Source: Ophelia neglecta (taxonomy: Eukaryota). From it: a stretch of 64,000 bases of DNA. The stretch lies in NCBI GenBank assembly GCA_965285935.1, contig OZ260662.1:35960001-36024000 (forward strand), written 5' to 3'. A program made the translations under genes and the position numbers. Below, piece by piece: positions 26,720-39,541 of the stretch. The notes below the pieces were generated by a model that saw only the letters and a list, made by a program, of their open reading frames with translations, was not told where the DNA came from and did no database searches. Each line of letters opens with the position of its first letter. The first letter of the stretch is position 1.

Positions 26720-27285
26720 CACACATGAGATGTAAATCCCTTCAATTGGAATATACATGTGTATGTTTTCTCCAAAATCTGACTACTCGTCACGACATGT
26801 ATGTCCTTAATTAGCGCTGCTTTGTATCCTTTATTCTTCTTTTCATGTGATCCAGTGCCTGGCATTGAACAGGAAATACGTTTAAAATCTATTTAATCGG
26901 CGTCAGCCCTCTCCGAATTTTGGTCTGTAATTATATACATTCATGTAGTTTTGAGAACTGTAGGATTTTCGAATGTACCAACAAGAAAATTCCATTATAA
27001 AGGCCAAAGGATAGGCTATTATATACACGTATATATAAGTTTGAAAATTTAAATACACGAGTTTAAAGATCACTAGAGTATCAAACGACACAGTGTACTA
27101 TATTATTGAACGATGGTGAAATCCCCTTACCTTCAGTTAAAGCCTAACCATTTTAACCCTCTGTATACATACTATAGGTGGGTAGTCTACGGCGCAGGGT
27201 TAGGTACATTTAAGCATGATAGGAGATCAACCATACTACCATTCAGACTGGAGTTTCAAAACGGCTAGGCAGCAGTATCGGTTAC
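26720..27285 (+). repeat. Dispersed direct repeat, copy 2, inside the spacer of the large inverted duplication
   Basis: Colinear with 10210-10628, with a longer middle section. Confidence 0.85.
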
Positions 27286-28161
27286 CTTTTGTACAAATTG
27301 AAACAGCCGCTCCACACCTGCCTATCTTTGGCAAATTGCAAGTGAGTTGATGCTTGAACCTGAGAGCTAACTTGTTTTTATCTCCAAAAATTGAAACACA
27401 TATGTCGTCACTGTGTAACGTTACTTCTCTAAGAAAAACAAGGGATAAAATTCTTTGTTCGTATGTACCGTAAAGGGCTTCCTATGCTCAAAGACGCACC
27501 ACGCCCCTTTGCATATGAAAATAAATTACGATGTTTTGCATTGCCTTTAATACAATCTTGGTGTCATTTACATCTGTGCAAACAATAATAATGGCTTGCT
27601 CTGAGACGTTTTCTCGCAAATGACCAATGCAGCTGAAAATGTGTTTGAACCAGCACTTTATAGCAATTTCCATGAAAAAGTACACATAGTTATTATAGAT
27701 GTAGATCCCAAAATGGTATAGGCCTTTAGCCTCAGAATCTTTATGTTAACCTGCAGGTTGGTCATCTATGTGAAGGTCCGAAAAGATGTTGAATGTATAG
27801 AGCAGTTTCAGAAAATGCTTAATGCTGGTTCCAAACTGTGAAGTAAAATATTTGATCATAAGTATACAGTAAAATCGCGAGATAAATAGTTGTCATAAGA
27901 TGGACATGTAGTGGGTGCGTCTCATGCAAAATGCGTGGGACTTGACAAGTTTGTACGAAGAAGCTGATGATGTACGCATTCAGGTATGTCAAGGAGTATG
28001 TGCCGTCCGATGATGTGTTCCAAGAATGAATGAATTGTTTAGTATAGAGGAAACTGACAAAAGTCGTGGTTATGATGACATCATTAATGAATTTTATATT
28101 TTTTGGGATGCTTCAAAAATCGATGATATTGTCCTTATACAATTATCCTTTTAAAACAGGT

Positions 28162-31100
28162 AGTAGTGGCAAAATCAAGTGATTCCCTTATGCAGTTTGA
28201 TTTCAATAAAAATAATAGAAAGGAACAGCCTAAATGGCATGGAATGAAAATAAATGTACATTTACGTCCATTTAAGTCACCGTTCAACTTGGTTTATCCA
28301 GTGGATAATCGATTAAAATTTTATGATTAAAAATATCAATCTGTATTAAATTGTAAGATACTTAAATTTTGTTCTATAAACTGTATTCAGTTTCCCTTAG
28401 TGTCGCTGGAAACGGTTTAAGTCTGGTTTTTGTCTTAACTCTTAATCCTGGTCAGTGATGTGCTTTAAGGTTGCTTTATCGGATAAAGCAGAGTATTATA
28501 AGGCACAGAGGGTTTTGAATTCATAGGGAACCCTCTCGGGCGGCTTATTGGTTTGGGAAGGAAAACAGAGTGATTCGTGTCCCTAATCAGTTGTACTGCG
28601 AGTAAGTGACTTCCAGTAGAACATTGCTACTGGCCCCTTTCTAATTATTGTGGGCAATACACAATTGTCAAGGTTACCACACATGGTGTTTATCCCAGTT
28701 TATCCAAACCCTTTACATCTTCATCGAAAAGATGTTGGTCGATGGGTCGATTAAAGTATTTCGCCAAACTATTTTTATTCCTATTGGGCCCAGTATTACT
28801 TTTTTCGTCGCAGAAGTGTATGTGTTGATCTATGAATAAGATTTTTGGAACAAATTTGCATACCGAGAGCAATTGCTTTTGCCAGAAAATTGTGTTTCTC
28901 TTCGACAATATTTGTGTCCAGTTTGGAAGTTAAGTGTATCGCAAGACTATTAGAAATGGGCACCAACTGTTGGGCTTTGCTTATAGATTTGTATTTATTT
29001 ACAAACGCTAACGATTCTATGATAGATTTGTCAAAGAATGGGTTGGAGATATTTTTTCCTTTAATATGTATTTTAGGACGGCTATGAAGTTTAAATTGTA
29101 TGGTTTTGCCAAGAATCAATTAATATGGAATAATTATAATTATTTGTATTGTTATATCTATTATAAGTATTGCCAATGCCGCTGTATATTCTTGTGCCGA
29201 ATGAAGGCCAGACCCGTGCATCGAAACCATTTAAAGCCTAACCATAAGTGGCCCAATTAACAGAAAGTTGTAATGGCGACCTATGTATAATTGTTGAATT
29301 GCTACTCATTGCATAAACTTTTGAATGCTGAAAAGCACAATCGAAGTCGATGAAATGTAGTTATTATTAACCTTTAGGGGAATACTACGCTAATTGCGAA
29401 TAAAATGTTTTTTCAATGACAATGACAATGACAATGACAACGATTTATTGGTCTAACGGTACAATCAAATACAGAACCTGTTCTACAAGGTGTAAGGACA
29501 TAATAATATATTTGTTAACGTACATTTGCACTCTTTTAGGGTAGACCGCTGCTTCATTCTGTTAGACATGCCTAAAAGGGTCAAGCAATATTACGTTACC
29601 GTTACGCTAACTGACTTTTGCCGTGTAGCCTGTCACTATAGTCATACTTGGGGTGTGCTTCTCACATTTTGCATTATAAATACCTTTTATTTCAGCAAGA
29701 GGCTTCTTGTCAACGCAATATGGCTTTATAAAACAACCTTTAATGAAGTACCAATACCCCGGTTGCCACGATTTCTATTGTTTAAACGCGGTAGCTTTGT
29801 GTCTTAACTACCTATAGAGGATACATTTCATTACCAGAACTACCATTTTCTCTTTATTCATATTAAGATATGTTGCAGTATTCTTATACGTGTGAGAAAT
29901 ACCTAAAAGTTCCATGAATTTTGCTTGTTCATATCGTATGAGGGTTAAAAAAAGGACAAAAGGAATCAATATTGCAGTTAAAACCAGCTGTATCCAATTA
30001 CATATGTAAATGGTAGACATTTAATTACACTACAGTAAAACATGGGAAATCAGTCCAGGGCTGTGTTAGTGATATGAATTTCGAAGTAACCTGTTTATAC
30101 ACGCTCAGTCTCGAACCTTTTTCAAAAAGCACAGACTGAGGAAGAATTAACACTATAATATGCAGCTTACAATTTATCCTCAGCAAACTTGTCAATGCAC
30201 AATCTAACGTTAGCAACTAGTCATATAACTGTTTAAGAGAATACATTACTAAAAAACTTTCTTTTGTTAAAGGGATATTAATACAAAATATTAATATATG
30301 CAAAGAAAATGTGGCATGCATCATTTGCGTTGGGGGTGAGAGGAGACGCATAATAGTTGATTTCAACTTGCATGCAGTTCATGGCAACATGTATAGAACC
30401 TCAGATTACTGAAGCGTTGCCCAGTGATTCCTTACTGTAATTTGTAATCAATTAAGAAAACGTTTTCAAATAAATGTGTTTCAGCAGACAAAAGTGTTAT
30501 ATCTTTATTCTATGCATTCCCATGTTTATATGCATGCTGGACTCTTGGAAAGAACAGCTGAACGGACAAGATGTCCCCATGTAAAGATATTTAATAACTA
30601 GATAATATTTGGCATTTCAATTGCATATTTCAAAACATATTCTAAACTAAAAAATGCCTATTTCCCTATCTGCCTTATACATAAAGTTGATAAAGAAACA
30701 GATGTTTCCTTCAAAACAAGTTTGATCAGATGTTGTAAAAATGGTTGAATATTCAGTACTTGGTCCATTCCTAATACTATTTTTATAAACCATCTGCTGT
30801 TTATTTCTCCAGTTATGGATTTGAGCTTCCGAATGTTCCAATCAGATAAAGTTAAGTTTAAAACGGAATTATATTGACATGATATTTTCAAGAGATAGCA
30901 GGCTTTTATTGGATATAACACCAATCAACACTTGCCTTGTCTGCCAATTACTAAACCATATTCAAAAACGTAGTGGGAGCAAGGCGCAGTACTTGTAAAA
31001 ATCAAGACTCGGCAGGTAGGTAGAACAAAGGTGAGGGCAGAAAAGAGGTAGAATTCTAATGGAACCAAGGCATATCAGCATCGCAAAATGTTACATATAC

Positions 31101-31294
31101 ATTGAACAAATTAATACCAAGTTGCTACGATATCAGAAATATCTCAAAGTCAGTGATAATACGCAGTTCATAGCGTATTATTTTATCCCTAGGTACAGTT
31201 GTTATCGCTATCAAGTGGATCAAAGAAATACCATTTCTCATTTTCATTGTACTTTGTTTTTAGTTTACACATTGCTCTAATAGTTTCCGTAGTG
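28162..31294. repeat. Large inverted duplication, right arm (~3.1 kb)
   Basis: Reverse complement of 23376-26468; carries about 40 nt at ~29550-29590 that are absent from the left arm. Confidence 0.95.
28648..29050 (+). mobile_element. Penelope-like retroelement RT relic, two tandem decayed fragments
   Basis: FLFDNICVQFGS*VYRKTI / MGTNCWALLIDLYLF..NDSM and the upstream KVFRQTIFIPIGPSITFFVAEVYVLIYE*DF both resemble the Penelope-like RT segment FLLDNIxxxFGxxxYRQxxGIPMGTNCAPLxADLFLxxYExDF. Confidence 0.7.
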
Positions 31295-31535
31295 TAAAGT
31301 AGTAAATAAAAATACCAAAACGCATCAATTGATGAGCAATACAATTTCACCTACCATCTTAAACCCCATCACGACGGACGCAAATGTTCGCATGTGCACA
31401 TTGTATTGGTGATTCAGGAACTAGAAACATGAACAACTAATATTAATATTTAATCATCGACATTTTGTTTGGGAAAATAGAGTGACGATCAAGATAGAGC
31501 TAGACAATTGGGATAAACAAAGATCTTGTCTTAAC

Positions 31536-32016
31536 CTGGTAGGCACTTATCTGTTTCAATCTGTAAAATTTCGGAGCAAAGATGTGAGCTATAACTGGGA
31601 TTGCAAGTACATAGCCAGCACCTATCAACCAATAGACGGCGCCATATATATAAACCTCGGTCGGATCTCCCAGAAAAGATATGGCGGATATCCAACTGAC
31701 AAACAAAGACACTGCCACAGGAATGACGTGCCTGTTTCTTCCTGCCATTAGGAAGTTTTCCGCTGTTTTTGAATTTCTGTCGCGAATTGCATAGAAAACA
31801 CCTACAAATATTAATCTAATACAATTGCATATTTAATAAAATTGCGTTTAACTAAGTAAAATGTCCTTCATTAAACTGAAATAAGGCCAAATCAATTTAT
31901 GCAGCAACATTCCCATAAATTCGGCATACATATTGCCTAATGTTACCAATTCCTGAAGACAACGCCAATGACAAGGTAAACACTACGTAATCCGCCCAGT
32001 GGAATGTTGCTGCCAT
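31536..32016 (-). pseudogene. SLC5 sodium/solute symporter (SMCT/SMVT/NIS-like), only the first two coding exons found
   Basis: Exons 32016-31947 (MAATFHWADYVVFTLSLALSSGIG) and 31801-31536 (VFYAIRDRNSKTAENFLMAGRNRHVIPVAVSLFVSWISAISFLGDPTEVYIYGAVYW...FAPKFYRLKQISAYQ) are a typical SLC5 N-terminus. I found no further exons before the inverted duplication begins at 31294 or elsewhere in the window. Confidence 0.8.
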
Positions 32017-32579
32017 GGCTGCGTGAGATTCCGTTTCTCTTGATAATACAGATGGAAACACCGCTACTAACACTTTCCACTATTTTTTCCTGAGAATATA
32101 AGTGAATATGAAAATGAAGTAGACGGAGGTATCTATTATTCAATAGAGAAATATGCAACATTCTACACTAGCAAAAGAAACGCATGATTACACACAATGT
32201 GGATAGGAAATATATGTGTACTATCTCTAAACAAATGGATCTAGTCCCCCTTCTCAATGTGAACGGTTTCTTCTGTCCTGACAGGCTGATGTTTATTTCG
32301 TTTCTTTCAGACTTTATCGCCAAATGCCAACTAATGGCGGTTGGACCCAATAATAAGATGGCCCGGTATAACAATTGATAATAAAACGTTTCACGACTTG
32401 AATATTAAATGGATTAGCTGATTACCAGACATTTCGCTCTCGGATTCAATAGTTCGTTATACATTATTCGGGTCGGGCGAATAAAAAAACCATGTTCAGC
32501 TGTTACTATGTTATTATTATTATTATTTTTATATGTGGATTTATTAACATATTTAGTACAATTGATAGGAAACTCACCA

Positions 32580-33052
32580 ATGGTTATGTTAAAATCAACC
32601 TAATGGTTAAAAGTAGCAAACAAAAAGGGGACCCAAAACTGATCCCTGTGGAGCGACTGCCTTCTCTCCATCAACAGCCATCATAAATCGTTATAAACTC
32701 TAATAAGCGCAGTTTCAGTGGAATGCAGTGATCGATAAGCAGACTGCTGCGGCCCAATCAGGCCCGCCTCATTAAGATACAAAAGGAACAACTGTGTATT
32801 AATTTGGGAAGACAGTTAGGAAACTGTTGTAAAGGTCGCCTTTTTAAAAGCGGAGAAAAATTCTCTTTTTCTGGGAAGAGGGAAACCCCTAGAATTTAAA
32901 GAAGCATTAATAATTCTAGGAAGACCTGATTGCAGAACACATGTGCATTGTTTCAGCTTATTACTAGGCATTGGAATGAGATCACATGTAGCGGCATGGG
33001 AATTGGATGTGATCTTTATCTCATTACATCTAGTTGGAGCAAATGAGCGCAA
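32580..33052 (-). mobile_element. Degenerate L2/CR1 LINE RT relic
   Basis: TCDLIPMPSNKLKQC..LPRIINASLNSRGFP...KK and APQGSVLGPLF motifs, with an internal deletion between them. Confidence 0.8.
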
Positions 33053-34185
33053 TTGATAGCCACATGGCTTTCAAGCTCCTCAGGAGAAAAAGGCATCCTA
33101 GGTGAAGACTATTATTTTATAACACTGGAGTGAAAGCACAAAAAATCGTTTTCTTAATGTATTTATTGTATATATGTTCAAGAAACACATTCATTTTGTA
33201 AATGCAAATTGTGTCTTAAAGTGTTTGAAACATATATATATTATTTTATAACACTGGAGTGAAAGCACAAAAAATCGTTTTCTTATGAATATATAGGAAT
33301 TTATCCCAATCGCACCGTCATAGACAAATACCCTACAACAAAGTGTTTGGTGGAAATATTTGGGAAGTAAAAGGGAATGAATAACTGACAATCAAAGCAA
33401 ATGTCCAATCAAGAATAATCTATTAAACCAGTCCGAAATTATCCGGAACCAATAGCCATAACCCACAAACACCAATCCCCAGCAGCCTAATAGTAGATAA
33501 ACTTAAATAAAATTTAATAATCATTTAAAATTGATATTTCCTGCAATGAGAAGTTGGCATAGTCAACAGTTTTCGATAATGCTAATCAGAACACAAAACA
33601 CCCAAATTCCGATCCGCCTTGTTCTGATGTTAACTGAAAGTACGGTCTTCAAAAGCCCAAAGGGGTGAGGGTGGGTGTGGTGGGGTGGGTGTGGGAGGGC
33701 TTCGATATCTGGCCCATGGGCTTATATATATATATGCAATAACTTAATGCCAAATTGACCTAGTAGGTGTTATGAAGCTAGAACATAATTCATAACTGCA
33801 TCACATTCGTTTACCATAAATTATCAATAGAAAATATAATATTAATACTTTTTCATCAATTATCATTCAAACTTTAAAGCCTTCTTAATTTGAAAAAAAT
33901 CTTAACATCGTAACAGCAAATAACGTTCGCAAATCTTTGGTCACGTTCTTGAGGTTTCTGGTGAATTTAAAGGAATATATTGTTTTCGCTATCGGTTACC
34001 AGTTAGTCGACATTTAAAGATTATTTATCTGTGAATTTGATGCAAGATGTATGTATGAAGCTCATTTCAATGTTCCACGCTGCTAAATGAAGCTTGCTTC
34101 TTCTTGCTTATCACTCTCTTCAAACAATAAGTAAGCCTATATTGTGAAAGAGTACTTTTATTAAGCATAATCTACATGTTATGTT

Positions 34186-37100
34186 TCATCCAGCATGATG
34201 GTCGACAGCCTTGAAGTACAGTTGTTCATAGAGTTGGTTGTTGACTTTGGTTATGAGTGATATATTAGCCGGGTGGCCAAGCCGGAGTTTCCAGTCCACA
34301 ACCATCTGACCCCGGGTTTTTGACCCCTGTAATTCCACGGTGACGAACACATCCTGACTCTCCACGATGACAGACGGTTCCAGCACGGCGGCCATTGCCA
34401 GCTGGTCCCAGGCCACGTATTCCGACACTTGCCCAAGCGCCTTCACCCGGTCATTCATCTTCTTCTCGATGGCTTGAACAAAACGCGCTTTCTTGGTCGA
34501 AATCTGTTCAAATCTAGTGTACCATTCCTGTCGAAATAGCACTCTCATATAAGTTTATATGTAAGATATTATCATGTAGTAGGTATAATTGTTTATTACA
34601 GTAATATTATAATATTGTGATAAACTTCATAATAACTATATAAGTCTTATAGATAAACCTAATGTTTCTGATACTACCCATGAAAAGGAATTCTCCTCGC
34701 AAACATCAACCGAAGCAAGTAACATTTTGCGTTTCATATTCCCAAGAACAAAGAATGCAGCCTCCGGATCAGCCCAGAAATTAAACTCGGCTGATATTGT
34801 AATATTTCCTTTTCCTGCAATACCAACATGATAAGCGAAGTAACATTATAGTTTTGAAAATCGCAGACTGACATTAAGCGTCCATTTTTTTGGTTCCCTG
34901 TTGTACAAACCCGCTGATATGCAGCATATTGGCCCGAACAAAAAATTAATCTCAGTTTATTCAATTTATTTCTGACGCCGACACAAACTGGTGACAAAAT
35001 TTTTTTCCGCTGTCGGATAGTAGTCCATGACATTCGATATTACAAACTTTCTTTTGCATATAGACATCTAGATGTTAGATTAATGTTGTACGTCAAAGCT
35101 GAATTGAATAAATTGTTGTAGTATTTCAATAAAGGTCTTTGCTCTGGGTGCTTTTATTCTAAACGACGCCCCATTAGCAGAGAATATAAGCTCGTTTCTT
35201 TATTTCTTCACATACAAAATGAAGGTTCAATATTTACCCTTAACGTTGCCGCCCATGATCATACAACTTGCAAGCTTTTCTCCAAAGTGTGGGTCAAGGT
35301 GCAGAGCCATGGCGAGGTTTGTCAGAGGCCCAATGGCTATCACCGTGATCTCACCTTTAAGCACAAAGTCAAGTTTTTAATAACATTACCGATATATCCA
35401 GAGGTGTATTTTCTGACGGGGCTTATCCAATAGACCTAAGAACGTGAACTAAAATCCAAAATCCAATACACATACAGGCTTTGAATCTCATGCATGCCAA
35501 AAGCACTAGCATTTGATCTAAGATGATGATAAATTAATTAGGTTGACCTTAGAAGATAAACCATTGGTGACAAAAATATAGAAGGGCCATGTTATCAGTG
35601 GGTGAATATTCAATAATGATTTTAACATACAAATTGATAATATTAGGACGTTCATAAATAAAACAATGGCTGTTATATAACTTAGTCTTTAACTCTGACC
35701 TGTAAGAGGCATCTAGTTCTAGTTATATATATACTACGTAGAACTGCGATAAATTCTGTATAATTATAAGTACTGTATGAATGAATGTATCTTGGATTCA
35801 TACCGGGATGGTCATTGACAAGCCTATTTAAAGCATTGACTCCATGTTCTGTCTGAAACAGACTGGTGTCGACCGGATCAACGTCTGGTAGAATAACATC
35901 TCCGAGAGCGTCGTCACCATGGTATCCGTCAGAGGGGGTTTGGGTGCCGATCATAGACAGCTCGCAGCCTTTATACACTGGAATCTGGAAAAAAAAGTAG
36001 CCCTGATGGTGGAGAAAGGCAGAGGAACACGCGTAAATACAAATCAGGTGAAAGTAGTATGATAAAATTATTGGAAACTGGCATGCACCCTGGTATATTA
36101 ACCTTACCCTAAACCAAAATAAAAAGATACAAATAAGATAAACGTACCGATGAGTGCAGCAAAAAAAATTAGAATTTTAAGCAAAACTTTCAGATTAAGA
36201 AAAAGTCGTCTGGCCGCTCAGTTTCATATTCCCTGTTTTGCTAGCGTTCCAATAGGTTACAACATGGCATGAGTTTTGCCATAAGCGGCTACAATAACCT
36301 CTAGGCCAATAAAAACACTCTTTGCACTATCAAATTAGTATGCATTTGTAGCTAATTATATTAGCAATTGGGTAAAAATTATTTAAAAATACCTTCACCT
36401 GCTCGAGTTTTCAGCATATTATCAGTAACATACCAATTTCAGTAACACTCAACATGAACAGCTCTGTTCATTCATTTGTAGAACACTTTTAACCATTGAT
36501 CTTTCGACAGCAATGGTGAAATAATGCTTGCGATGGCATATTTCGTGAATGTGAATTTGATTAAACCATGCACGAAGACATGTTTATAGATGTAATCTGA
36601 TTCAAAAAGTTCTCAATTACCTTCTTTATAGTTATTTCAAATGTCCTTGATTCTAAATATCAAGGCACAGTTTGTGCTAAGAAGCGATCATTAGTTCGCT
36701 TCGTTGCGTTGTAATTAATATACAAAAAAACTGCTAAAGCATCTTGTGTGTCTCATGTACAGAATCTGGAGAATATTATCCGGGCAAATCGACATTTGTC
36801 TGGTTAGTTTGATTAACTTCAAATGAAAATGGGCACGTATCAGAACAGTGTGCATTATTTATCATTTAGAAATCAGACAGGAAGAGGTTATTATTTTTTC
36901 TTTCTTGGTGTCAATTTAATTCACTTATTAATGATAACTATTCTGCTATGTAAACTGACAATGGAAATGCTACTGTTTGGTTTCACCTGTTTAAGCTGAA
37001 TGAAATATAAAATATTTCTATTCAATTCTAAAATAAAGCCCATTGTGTCCTATAGTTTTAGCACTGACAGCGGTTTAATTCAACTTCGAAGTTAAAGGAT

Positions 37101-37867
37101 TTACATATTCGTGCTTGAAGTTGGAGTAAGTTTTGTAACTAAGTGTACTTTCACTTATTTTCAAATTTTCTTATTAGTCAGTTAATCAAAGTCTGTGACA
37201 ATGCAAACAAATTCCAAAATATCATTTATGTCAACAACCGACATTGCATGGTTATAATATTCTAAAAGCAGAAACACTATTTTAACTCAGTGCATATCCT
37301 TTTTGTGTTATATATTTGAGAATTTGAGTCAGTAAAATATTTGTGGTGCAATATATCAGACACAATGTATTCCCGTTTTAAGGTATTTTGGGCAGTTTTG
37401 ATGTTCAAAATGAGGTTTTTTTTAAAATATTTCTTAAAAATTAAAATTCTTCAAATCTGTTACATACAGCAGGGTTTGCCTAATTTAAAGACACAAGATA
37501 ACATCGAAATATTAAAATTGGCGGTAATATGTACTAATACATGTTGCTTTCTATGTATAGGGAAATAATTATATTACCGATGTTTTTTTCGTGGTGAGCA
37601 ACCCACTACTGAGTGCAAGTTCGTGGACCTTGTCATATAGCAAATATATAATTGTGTATTTCTCAAACAGATTTAAAAACTCACATCTAAACGATCACAA
37701 ATCTTCAGCGTTCGTAGTATGTTTTTAGATGTTTTCTCCAGGCAGTTGTTTCCGAACACCGCGGTGATAGCTATCACGACTACATCCGGGTGAGCCAGAG
37801 CCATCATAATTGCGACTGCGTCATCGGTCCCTGCATCACAGTCTATGATCAACTTGCGTTTCGCCAT
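34186..37867 (-). CDS. Inosine-uridine preferring nucleoside hydrolase family protein
   Basis: Exons 37867-37685, 35984-35804, 35354-35238, 34814-34678, 34527-34186. Motifs DCDAGTDD (DxDxxxDD), HGDDALG, IGPLTNLA, IMGG, AEFNFWADPEAA, WDQLA, RGQMVVDW. Confidence 0.95.
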
Positions 37868-39359
37868 GAGTCCTAAAGAAGACAGAGCAAGAATTTAAAA
37901 GAAATGCATAATTTATAGGCCAACTGGAAATGGCGTAGTTTGCACTGGGAAATGAAAATCGCCGGAATTAGTACTCGCGAGCTTACTATGTTAATACACA
38001 TGACTGCATTATCACAAGCGATAACATCGGCCTCTATATATATAGCTCCTCCAATTTAAGTTAATGGGGACCCCAATGTTATGGTGGCACTCCGGGCAAA
38101 GTTTTAAAAATTGTAGAAAAAAAAAGACATGAATTTCAATAGAAACCAATTTTCGTTTTTTTTTATATTTCCGATGTAATACGGAAGGCACAAGAGTAGG
38201 CTAAGTTTAAGTCATGAGAGGATAGGCAAGAGGATGAGCCAGAGGAGGAAAGCCAGAATGCGGATAACATACGGGATTACAACAACAATTCGTTTTGAAG
38301 CTAGAGGCGATGGAGATATGGAAAAGTGAGAGAGAGAAACAGAGAGCACAAGGGGATGCAATTAGATTAAAGAAGGAGAGGGAAGGATCAAAATATCTGA
38401 AACATTGGAAAAATAACCACAGATTGGGAAAGGAACAGTGCTACGACGGAAATAGCAGAGAAAACTGGACCTCAAAGAGAATAAGAAACATAAACAATGA
38501 AATGAAGCCGGTAAGTTGGCAATAATTTACTCACACATTTGGATCCCAGATAGGATACTAAGTGAAAAAAACAGGAGTGAGGTATCTTTTAGGGTGTTCC
38601 AAAAGAGTATGATAAAAACGAGGTTGAGATAGGACCTACATCATGCACCTGAGCCCTGGGCGTCCTTAGGGAATTTGGTCTCTCCTTAAATTAGAAGAGC
38701 GGAAGTTGCTTCCGCCGGAGTAAAATTCACACACACAGTTGGGTACTCATTGGTATGAGTTAGAAATCCTTTACTAAGACCATAAAACAGAAGTATGGAT
38801 TGTTTTTAGTCTGATAGACAGCGTGAAGGATATGATAAAGCGTGAAGGCAAAGAATAGGCGCTTTACCATGATTACTCCGAAAAAGAATTTGATTTACTA
38901 AATTGATTACCAAAAATTCAAACAAACACACACGTAATTTGTTCTCTTTCATTGAAGACACCGACCCAATTTATATTATTGTTACTTTGTCATTCATACA
39001 AACCCGAAAAATGCAATCAATGTTCCTTTGTTTAGCCTTAAACCTAACTACATACCTTTTTACGGTTATAAGTATTTACAAGTTGTTTATATACTAACGG
39101 CAAATTGTAATATGAAAACTATTGCAATTTGACTGTCATGCATTGGTTTATGGTCCAGGCGACAACCTGACAGGAATCTTTGGGTCGTGCTGAAACGTGG
39201 AGGGAAAAGGTATTCCCGTACGCCTAATTTTTTTTTTCGGTATCCGTAAAATGTCATTTTCTAATTATCATATGGAATTCTTTGTGATTTTATTTTCCGT
39301 TATAATCTGTATAGTCTATAAACCCATTATTTGTCTTTCGATTTTGTCGGAGTCGACAA

Positions 39360-39541
39360 CTGTGAAACTTGTGAATAAAGGCCACTGAATGAACTGGAAA
39401 ATACTGATATTTCTGTTGTAGGTTGTCTGTTAAGACAAATTCTTTACGTGTATGGTGATAATTTAGATTAGTGGTCTGAATTGTAAGGTGGACTGAATAT
39501 AGGGGCTTATTAAAGGGGTGGTTATATGGCAGGTTTCACTG
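39360..39541. mobile_element. Degenerate MITE related in its termini to 5960-6137
   Basis: Ends CTGTGAAACTTG...CAGGTTTCACTG, similar length (~180 bp), imperfect TIRs. Confidence 0.5.

Noticed and set aside
33110-33285. ~47-bp direct repeat pair; also a 22-bp doublet at ~14693-14736 and (GTCATT)n at ~25190 and ~29415
   Set aside because: Ordinary local slippage duplications with no further structure.
38200-38900. Purine-rich stretch with a 76-aa ORF upstream of the nucleoside hydrolase
   Set aside because: No recognisable motif or splice support; may be a retroelement remnant but cannot be supported.
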